Shown here piece by piece: positions 17,538-25,711 of a DNA stretch of 32,000 nt. Location of the stretch: positions 6,990,001 to 7,022,000 of the forward strand of contig NC_008312.1 of the NCBI RefSeq assembly GCF_000014265.1, read 5' to 3'. The notes under the pieces are model-generated. The model did not search any database, was not told the origin of the DNA, and worked only from the letters and a program-made list of their open reading frames with translations. This DNA comes from Trichodesmium erythraeum IMS101. Its GTDB lineage: Bacteria > Cyanobacteriota > Cyanobacteriia > Cyanobacteriales > Microcoleaceae. The position numbers were made by a program, and so were the translations under genes. Within the stretch, counting starts at the first letter, position 1, and the number at the start of each line of letters is the position of its first letter.

Positions 17538-18296
17538 ATGATAAATTTAAGTGAAAAAGTTATTTTAATTACAGGTGCATCTAGTGGTATTAGTGCCGCA
17601 ACAGTGCAAACTTTAGCTAGTGCTGGAGCTAAAGTTATTTTACATTACTATCATAAACAACTTGTAGCAGAAACTATAGGTGATAAAATTGGTAAAGATA
17701 AATGTTATTTATTAAAAGCAAATTTAGCTGAGAAAAATGCTGCTGTGAAATTATGGCAGGAGGCGATCGCCTGGAGAAATCATATTGATATTTTGGTGAA
17801 TAATGCTGGTATTTTTGTTGGTGCTAGTGTAGAGGATGAAATGGATATTTGGGCTAATGCTTGGCAAGAAACTTTGCAAGTAAATTTAATTGCAGTTGCG
17901 GATCTATGTCGAGAAGCAATTCGTCATTTTCAGACTCGTAATGGCGGTACTATTATTAATATTGCTAGTCGTGCTGCTTTTCGGGGAGATGACCCTCAAC
18001 ATATTCACTATGCTGCTAGCAAAGGTGGTGTTATTTCTATGACTCGTACTATTGCTCGTGGTTTTGCTAAGGATAATATTTTGGCTTATGCGGTGGCACC
18101 AGGGTTTGTTCGTACTGAGAGAGTAGAAAGTTATCTGCAAGAAGTAGGCGAAGAGTTTGCTACCCGGGATATTCCCTTGGGTAAGTTGGCAACACCAGAA
18201 GATGTTGCTAATGTAGTAGCTTTTTTGGCATCTGGTTTAGCACCTCATACGACAGGAGCAACTATTGATATTAATGGTGCTTCTTATGTACGCTAA
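17538..18296 (+). CDS. SDR-family oxidoreductase (3-oxoacyl-ACP-reductase-like)
   Basis: 252 aa with TGASSGIS (cofactor site), NNAG and the catalytic YAASK motif. Confidence 0.85.
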   Translation: MINLSEKVILITGASSGISAATVQTLASAGAKVILHYYHKQLVAETIGDKIGKDKCYLLKANLAEKNAAVKLWQEAIAWRNHIDILVNNAGIFVGASVEDEMDIWANAWQETLQVNLIAVADLCREAIRHFQTRNGGTIINIASRAAFRGDDPQHIHYAASKGGVISMTRTIARGFAKDNILAYAVAPGFVRTERVESYLQEVGEEFATRDIPLGKLATPEDVANVVAFLASGLAPHTTGATIDINGASYVR

Positions 18297-18557
18297 TTTT
18301 TGTGGTTATTAGTTATTAGTATCTAGCAGCGCTTAACCTGAGAATTAAAATACTGAAGTTTATTTTTTTCTCAAACCTTTAAAGGGGAGTTTTAATACCT
18401 TGTTTTTTGGTCAGAACTGATAACAGTTTTCATTATTCAAAAATACAGAGATTGTGCTTTAAAGGCATTTATGCTGATGGTAGAGGGCATAATTTTTGTA
18501 GCTATAAGGTGAAAATTGCTATATATGGTGTCCCTATCTCGGAGCTATCAAAAAGTA

Positions 18558-18586
18558 GGTATTTCTGTATATGTAGTCATAAAATT
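18558..18586. repeat. Solo IS1-type terminal inverted repeat relic
   Basis: GGTATTTCTGTATATGTAGTCATAAAATT matches the IS1 end GGTAGTCCTGTATATGTAGTGATAAAATT at 26 of 29 positions. No transposase is adjacent. Confidence 0.45.
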
Positions 18587-18745
18587 CTGTTCAGTTGATA
18601 TGGCTGCGGCTAAAAATAGAAGGTGCTGAAGTTAAAACTATTGCTTATTGAGAATGTGAAGTTAATGTATTGCTTCATACTAGTTATGTTGGTTTGAAAC
18701 TGCTTTGTTAAAATATTGTACTGAAAGCCAAAGTGAAGAGTTATT

Positions 18746-18989
18746 GTGGCAACTGAACCAGGTATTATTCATCAAGTGCAGAGCAGAGCTGGGAACAAAA
18801 ATTTTATTCGGGCACCAGCTATGAATAATTAATTGTACTTGTAACGAATTTTCGCAGATGAGGTTGAATACTTTGGAAAAGCTCTATCTGGCGGCGATAA
18901 GCAAGACTCCAGAAATTGTGGTTTCTCAAGAAATACGGGTGGTAGCATTGAAACCTATTCAAAAAATGTTAGAGCTGTCATTTAGCTAA
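18746..18989 (+). pseudogene. nadA: Quinolinate synthase NadA, C-terminal relic with a frameshift and stop
   Basis: VATEPGIIHQVQ..NKNFIRAP is followed, in another frame, by CTCNEFSQMRLNTLEKLYLAAISKTPEIVVSQEIRVVALKPIQKMLELS*. The upstream roughly 250 codons of nadA are absent. Confidence 0.7.
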
Positions 18990-19234
18990 GAAGTCTACCC
19001 CTAACTCCTCCGAAGGGGAAGCAGAGGTAGAGATGTTGGATGCAAGGTCTGTACAATATAAAAATAATTAACAACAATAAATAACACACTTTTGGCTTTT
19101 TATGATCAAAAAAGCTATTTGCTATATGCTAATTATCACGGGGTGACAAGCCAGTTGAAAGCTATATATAAAGGGATTTGCCTTCAGGAGCTGAGGAATA
19201 ATTCAATAAAAAAAAATCCTTATTGGACTGGGAA

Positions 19235-19275
19235 GGGGGTGTAGTGCGAGCGCTCTGCGCTCGCACTACACCCCC
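19235..19275. repeat. 41-nt perfect palindrome (19-bp stem, 3-nt loop) inside the left TIR
   Basis: GGGGGTGTAGTGCGAGCGC tct GCGCTCGCACTACACCCCC. Confidence 0.95.
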
Positions 19276-20347
19276 TAACTGGGTTGAATAATAATTCAAG
19301 TTGTGCAGTAGAATAATATCATGAAAAAACTTAACTTTATTAATTAATTTTTAATCAAAAATTACAGTCTAATTAACCACTTTATTCATCGCTTTTATTC
19401 CCCTGCGATAATATAGTAATTTATGAGGATTAAGGCTCATTAAATTTTCTACTAATTTCCACATTAAATCATCATTTATTGCCCAATAAATACTAGATAA
19501 CCCTAAGCAAAAACTACTGTTTCTTCTTTCTTTTCTACCTCTTTCATTAGTTCTTGATATATATTCTTGAACTCCTTTATTTTTAATTTCTTGTCCTTTA
19601 AATGAACTAATTGTGTATGAAATAGCTATTAATAAAATTAGATTATTAAGTCTAGTTTCGTTGGCTTTTGCTGATTCTAGATTATAACCACCAGTTTTAT
19701 AATCCTTAAACATGGCTTCTATGCCCATTCTCTGGCTATATATTTTTTTAACTTTTCCACATTACTATGATAAATTGGAGAGAGTATACCATTTCTCTGA
19801 AACAGAATTGTGACGATATTTCTGTCTTTTATATACAAGTAAATTATATGTTCCTACCTTCAAAATTTTGGTAATTTTTTGATTCAATAATAGTTGGGAT
19901 TCACCGATATTTACTTTTAACTCTGAGAGTTGACAATATTTTCTCCCTCGTTTTATCATAGTTGATTTTTTTTGTCTCAAGACAAAATATACGTCTTTTT
20001 TTTATATTCTTTCAACCAATGGCACAGGAAAATACTGTGGAATTCTAGGGTGCTGTGAGAATTATTTTGTGTGCTTTCAATAATTTTAATACAGGGCGAA
20101 TTACTGATTTTTGTTCGGTTAAATTACTAGCTCCTTTATGAGATAAAATCTTCCAATATATAGGTAAAGCTCTCTTTTTCCAAGCTACAGTTATCATTAA
20201 AATATTAATATTTTGCCACTGAGTGCGGTCTAAAATCAACACTAACTCTGAGGTAAAGTTGAAGAGATTTTTTACCATTATTTTGACTAAAGGGAACCAA
20301 AATATAGGTAAACTTAATTCCTTTAGGGTTAAAAATCTTTCGCATAA

Positions 20348-21723
20348 CGGGACTTTAGTGAAAAAATAGTAAAAAAAAGGGTATAATGTATACCTGATAT
20401 GTATTTTACGTTAATTACTGGCCTGGGAAAAGTTTGATGAAAGAAACAACTTCAGTGGCCATGCCCTCTTGTTTCCATCGATGGTGCGATCGCTTTAACA
20501 ATGTCTTTAAAACAAAAGCCCAAAAAACAGGGTTTAGGGAATATATAGGAGGATTACTCTTGAGAAAGCGATCGAAAAAACTTGTCTCAAATTGCCAACA
20601 ACACTGTAGGTCACACGTACCACAAATTACGGCATTTTCTAGTTCGAGCAAATTGGTCTGTAGATGCTGTGAATGAGCGTCGTCTTCAAGTAATGTGGGA
20701 ACGTCGCCAAACAAAACCTTCTCGATCCTATTGCTTTAATTATAGACGATTCAGGCCACAGAAAAAGTGGTAATTTTACTGCAGGAGTAGGGCGGCAATA
20801 TATAGGAGAAATAGGAAAAACAGATAATGGTGTAGTCGTGGTGACAACTCATCTTTATGATGGAGTTAAAAGTCTACCTTTAGACATAGCTTTGTATCAG
20901 AAAGCTGATTCTTTTCCAAAAGGAAAAAAAGACCCAGAATTTGTCAAGAAACCAGACGAGTGCAATGTCTCTAGTAGATCAATGTTTGTCCAGAGGACAC
21001 CAACCAGAAATTGTGTTAATTGAAATTTGGCTATGGTAACAATACATCATTCTTAAATCAACTAGAGAAAAGAAGTTTAACTTATATAGGAGGATTAGCT
21101 AAAAATCGAAAAGTCATCATTAAAAAACAAGATGACATTAAAGAGGAAATTAGATTAGACAAGCTGGCAGAAAGTATACCTCAGAAAGCTTTCAACTTAG
21201 TTCAACTAAGTACAAAAAATGCTAGAGAAGTTTGGGTAGCTACATTAGAAGTAGAAATATCTAGGATGTCAGGTCAAAAAACTATAGCTATCGTTATGAA
21301 TGCTAAAAGTTTTTCTGAGGCCACTGATATTAACTATTATATCACTAATAGAGAAGACAAATATGTAACTCCTGAGTGGATATATTCTACTTATTCTCAA
21401 AGAAATTGGGTGGAAGTTTTCTACAGGGAAGCCAAAGGATGGTTAGGATTAAGAGAATATCAAGTCAGAGATAAAATCAGCCTTAAAAGGCATTTTATTT
21501 TAGTATTTTGTGCTTATACATTTATTATCTGGCATCAGTTAACAGGAGGTATAAGAAGGCGTTGGGCTAACAAACCATTAAATACGTTTACTGATACTTT
21601 AGAAGCATTTCGTACCGCAATATCTTATCGTTTTGTTGAGTGGTTAGATGAAAACATCGACGTATTTACCGCTCATAAAGAGAGTTTAGGGTTTGTTTGG
21701 GCTTGAAATTTGCTAAAGTCCCG
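20348..21723 (+). mobile_element. IS701-like element, copy 1 (1376 bp), nested in the IS4-family element. The transposase is frameshifted.
   Basis: The ends are CGGGACTTTAG.. and ..CTAAAGTCCCG, with a 4-bp TSD ATAA at 20344-20347 and 21724-21727. Transposase pieces are spread over at least 4 frames (..YHKLRHFL, LIIDDSGHRKSG.., GVGRQYIGEIGKTDNG, and the 228-aa C-terminal ORF 21020-21706). Confidence 0.85.
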
Positions 21724-21993
21724 ATAAGTTTTCGCTTACTTTCTGATTTAATTGGTAGCTGAAAATAATTGGTTAGCTTTGATATTTGTACAGTTTTATG
21801 TACTGAAATTAAGTATAATAATATTTGTAATGTTACTACTTGAGATGGACTCAACTTTTGCTTAATATGGTCTTGATAAAAGCCTAATATATTCACTTTT
21901 TCTTCTTTTTTTTTTGTAATTATTAACCCTTTTTTATCATATTTTTAACAGTTTTTTTTAATGTTTTAATGAATAAATAATCAACCATGGGTA

Positions 21994-22033
21994 GGGGGTG
22001 TAGTGCGAGCGCTCTGCGCTCGCACTACACCCC
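21994..22033. repeat. Same palindrome inside the right TIR (18-bp stem)
   Basis: GGGGGTGTAGTGCGAGCGC tct GCGCTCGCACTACACCCC. Confidence 0.95.
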
Positions 22034-22198
22034 TTCCCAGTCCAATAAGCGTTTTCTTTTTGTTGAAATATTCTTCAGTTCCCGAACACAAATTCCTTTC
22101 TATATATAGCTTTCAACTAGCTTGTCACCCCGTGAGATGCTAATTATATCATGTTTGGATAATTAGTGTTCAAAAACTTTCCCCCGTCAGTGTCAGTT

Positions 22199-23062
22199 CT
22201 ATCCTTTCCCATACTTTTCCATCCCGGCGTTCCATACTACACGAAATCCAATAAAGTGTTTGTAGAAGCTGCGCTTATAGTCGTTGATGCGAGACGCAGA
22301 ACGACAATGATGAGGATAGAAGTTCCAAGATCCTCCTCGCAGTGGAGAAAAGTTGTCATTTCCAGTTTCCCGAGCACTTCCATCTGTAGGAGCTCCTTCA
22401 TAGTTGTTATGCAAAACATCTTGACACCACTCCCACACATTGCCGTGCATATCATATAAACCAAAGGTATTGGGAGGATAAATTCCTACATTTGTTGTTT
22501 CTTCAGGATGTTTTCCTTTCGGTGCGTTACTATAAGTGTAGTTACTGTTGTAGTTAACTAACTCAGAGGTTATAGTTTCGCCAAAGTAAAAAGGTGTTGT
22601 TGTTCCTGCACGGCAAGCATATTCCCACTGACTTTCGCTGGGTAGTCTGTAGTTCTTCCCGGTTTTCTCGGATAGCTTTTGACAAAATTCTGTTGCGTGG
22701 TACCAGTTTACTTTTTCTACAGGGCGGTTTGCACCTTTGAACTTAGAAGGGTTATTTCCCATAATTGCCTGGTATTGGTTTTGAGTAATGGGATATTTGC
22801 TCATATAAAAGGGTTGAAGAGTTACTTGATGTTGGGGGCCTTCACTACGGTTTCTTTTGGCTTCATCTTCTGGGGATCCCATGATAAAGCTTCCACCAGG
22901 AGTATAAACTATTTCCAATTTAATGTCGTTACCTAAGTTTTCTATTTTTTGTCTGGCGTTTCCCTGGCTACGATGAATAATACCGCCAGAGTTGTTGACG
23001 CTTATAATTTCAAAAGTGAATAGGTCTCCTTTTTCTGATTCTGATATTGATGGTTGAGTCAT
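22199..23062 (-). CDS. Formylglycine-generating-enzyme (FGE/SUMF1) domain protein, possibly the C-terminal remnant of a larger protein
   Basis: 287 aa with the FGE-sulfatase pattern: GGSFIMGSPEDE.., VNWYHATEFC, RLPSESQWEYACRAG, HGNVWEWC, RGGSW. It begins with the short beta-rich linker that usually follows another domain in cyanobacterial homologues. Confidence 0.8.
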   Translation of the reverse strand: MTQPSISESEKGDLFTFEIISVNNSGGIIHRSQGNARQKIENLGNDIKLEIVYTPGGSFIMGSPEDEAKRNRSEGPQHQVTLQPFYMSKYPITQNQYQAIMGNNPSKFKGANRPVEKVNWYHATEFCQKLSEKTGKNYRLPSESQWEYACRAGTTTPFYFGETITSELVNYNSNYTYSNAPKGKHPEETTNVGIYPPNTFGLYDMHGNVWEWCQDVLHNNYEGAPTDGSARETGNDNFSPLRGGSWNFYPHHCRSASRINDYKRSFYKHFIGFRVVWNAGMEKYGKG

Positions 23063-23095
23063 TTCAATTACAAGAATTAATTATTTCTATATGAT

Positions 23096-24440
23096 CAGGA
23101 CTTACGCAAGTACGCTATATATAGCGTACTGTCGATATGAAATTCTCCATACTATAATTAGTTTTTTTTCAGATAGATATTACTTTTAATGTATCTTTAA
23201 ACAAAGTTACAATTAGGTTAAATTAACTTGCTAAAAAGCTTTAATTATTAGATGATAATGACAGGATTATATTATTTCAAAAATATGAATTTTAATTTTG
23301 TTGACTACTGTCAATATTTACTTAAATCTCACACAAATTTTACTATAACGCTCCTTGGCAAATCCAGAGTAAAAATATTAGCCATGATATAATAAATCGC
23401 TATTTAAGAGCAGAGTCTTTAAATTCAGAAGATTTATGGCGAAATGTTCAAGAAGAATTTGTTTGGTGATACCGAAGCTTATTTAATTTTTGATGACACA
23501 GTAATTAATAAAAAGTATGGATATAATATTGAACTTACACGACGACAATATAGTGGTAATGAACATCAAGTTGGTCGTGGATCTTGGAATAGTTAATTGT
23601 GTATATTTTAATCCCCAAAATGAACAATTATGGATTATAGATTATAGAATTTATGACCCAGATACTGACAAGAAAACAAAAATAGAAGAGTGTTGAAGAA
23701 ATGATACTTAATGCCATAAATAATAAGAAAATACCATTTAAAACAGTATTAATGGATTTGGGTATGCAACACAAAGATTAATGGGACTAATAGATAACTT
23801 AGGAAAAATTTACTACTGTCCTTTAAAAAGTAATCGCGCGCGTTGATGATACACGAGGTGCAGAAAAATACAAAAAAGTTCAAGATTTAAATTGGAATGA
23901 AGCTGAAAAAAAGTCAGGAAAAATAATTAAAATTAAAGGGTTTCTACTCTGCCAAAAGGTGAAAATATTTTGGATTAGGTGTATCTGCCAACTTCAGCAG
24001 AATATATTGTCACTAATGACTTGACTCAATCATCACTCTTATGATGTAGAGTTTGAATCTCAAACTCGATGGAAAATCGAAGAATTTAATAGAGAAATTA
24101 AGCAATTAACAGGTTGAGGATTTTGTCAGTGTCGTCTGCGAATAATTCAGAAAAATCATATTGTTTGTGCAATGTTAGTGTGGAACTTCTTCAAAATATT
24201 TGCTACTAAAATAGGCAAAAGTATTTATCAAGTTAAGCATGAATTATTATCAAAATATCTAAGGGATCAATTGAAAAATCCTTCAATTAAAATGAAAGTT
24301 ATTTGACTTGAAAAACTCAAGGTTTTTTGAGTCAAAATAGTTAGGCGATTGCTAACGCAAAGCTCCGCTAACGCACATGACTATAGTGAAGTTCGTCGAA
24401 GTTGTCATGCGCTATATATAGTGTCTTTGCGTAAGTCCTG
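23096..24440 (+). mobile_element. DDE-transposase IS (IS701/IS4-superfamily type), heavily decayed
   Basis: The IRs are CAGGACTTACGCAAGTACGCTATATATAGCG and its near-perfect inverse, with a 5-bp TSD ATGAT at 23091-23095 and 24441-24445. Transposase traces lie at 23285-24306 (YLIFDDTVINKKYG, RRQYSGNEHQV, RWKIEEFNREIKQLTG). So many stops and frameshifts are present that no ORF of 60 aa or more survives. Confidence 0.8.
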
Positions 24441-24481
24441 ATGATAATTGATTTGATTGTTGATTTTTTGAGATGTCTATT

Positions 24482-24558
24482 AGTTTTCTGCTGAAGTTTG
24501 TCTTGGTCAGAGGTTTATCGGGAGGGGAGCACTAAATAAATAAAGCGCAATAGTTAAT
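24482..24558. repeat. First part of a 107-bp repeat unit, cut by IS insertions. It continues at 29572.
   Basis: ATTAGTTTTCTGCTGAAGTTTGTCTTGGTCAGAGGTTTATCGGGAGGGGAGCACTAAATAAATAAAGCGCAATAGTTAAT matches 30733-30817. Confidence 0.8.
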
Positions 24559-25585
24559 AGAGTTGTTGGGAAATAACTTAGGAGAGAAAAAACTCAAACG
24601 AAAACTTGACATATTTCCCTAGTAATTTGACTACTTATGCTGTCATCAGATATAAGTTCCACTCACCAGTTGCTGTTAGCATTAATTTGTCATCAAAATC
24701 ATACTTGTGATTACGAGAAATCTGACTGACAGCTCCATAACGCTTGACGCCCGCCAAGGCGTTTTCACAGACTACCCTTGATTGACTCAATTTCCGAAAA
24801 TCTGGTTTTTGTTGCTCACTTAACTCTCCCCCTTTTGGTTTTTTATGGGGGATTCGGATATTTTCATACTGATGCGTGGAGACCTTGGAAACCACTGTCT
24901 ACTTCTATCGGAATCTCTAGAGGTATATTTCCTATCAATTTTTCCTGGTCATGGAACTTCGACTTCATGCAGCTTTCCTTCTCGTGCCTGACTCAATACC
25001 AGCACTTTCTTGTTTTGATTAACTGCTACTAGATGTTTGCGAGTGTGACGCTTTTTTTTTCCTGAATAATTCAGTTTTGGTTTTTCAGAGTGAGTTGGTC
25101 TTTGTACTGGCCGTTCTGTGCCATCCATTATCACTCGTTCTACTCGAGGGAAACGCTCTATGAATCCTTGGACGCTGTTAATTTGACGCAATGCATCGCG
25201 CCTTTTTTTCTCCCAAGGCTGCTTCTAACATAGTTTGTAAGCGATGAACCCAATAATGTGCTTGACTACGGTCGATATCAAACAAGATACCAGCTAAGTC
25301 AAAAGTCGGGTAACATTTAAAGTAGAAGAGAATGTCAAACAATTTGTCTTGTAGAGTGCGTAAACGAGCCAAAAGACCTCCTCCAACAGAGCGTTGACGA
25401 GGTGAGCGAGTGCAATGTTTGCTCATACATTTGCCCAAAGGACTCCAAGAAAGATTCAAATGCTTTACGGTTTAATGGGTGTTAATGCTCTGAGTAATCT
25501 GTCTTGTTTTAAGGCTCGTTCAATATTTAGCATTTTTATGGCAAATTTTTTCTGAAATTATTTTACCTTATTTCCCAACAACTCT
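24559..25585 (-). mobile_element. IS5-like element with a Harbinger/PIF-type (DDE_Tnp_4) transposase, frameshifted
   Basis: The IRs are AGAGTTGTTGGGAAATAA and TTATTTCCCAACAACTCT. The flanking triplets are AAT (24556-24558) and TAT (25586-25588). Three ORF pieces lie at 25178-25459, 24949-25191 and 24635-24895 (..YSGKKKRHTRK.., ..VVCENALAGVKRY). Confidence 0.75.
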
Positions 25586-25624
25586 TATATAGCAATGAGC
25601 GCTGGCATCTTTACATACTACCAA

Positions 25625-25669
25625 TGTCAGTCATGTAGTATACATCCTGCTACATGACTGACATTTTTT
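25625..25669 (+). terminator. Strong rho-independent terminator on the plus strand, inside the IS630 tail
   Basis: TGTCAGTCATGTAG, 11-nt loop, CTACATGACTGACA (14-bp perfect stem), followed by TTTTTT. Confidence 0.65.
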
Positions 25670-25711
25670 CTATGCGATCGTGACAACGGAACGGAGGCGC
25701 AATCGCACTAC

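Larger units (their letters stand above)
19137..22134 (-). mobile_element. IS4-family element with about 160-bp structured TIRs. Its transposase is decayed and it is split by an IS701-like insertion.
   Basis: Imperfect inverted repeats at 19137-~19300 and ~21975-22134 both start CACGGGGTGACAAGC. The direct repeat ATGCTAATTAT flanks them at 19126-19136 and 22137-22147. Transposase pieces lie at 21728-21896 (..LSPSQVVTLQILLYLI..ESKRKL), 20045-20278 (LILDRTQW..ALPIYW), 19765-19980 and 19369-19728 in different frames. Confidence 0.75.

Noticed and set aside
24468-24481. Apparent solo end of the IS5-like B element (TTTGAGATGTCT) before the first 107-bp unit
   Set aside because: It aligns equally well with the normal end of a 107-bp unit (TTTGAGACTGAAAGT). 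It is most simply a diverged repeat-unit end, not an IS relic.
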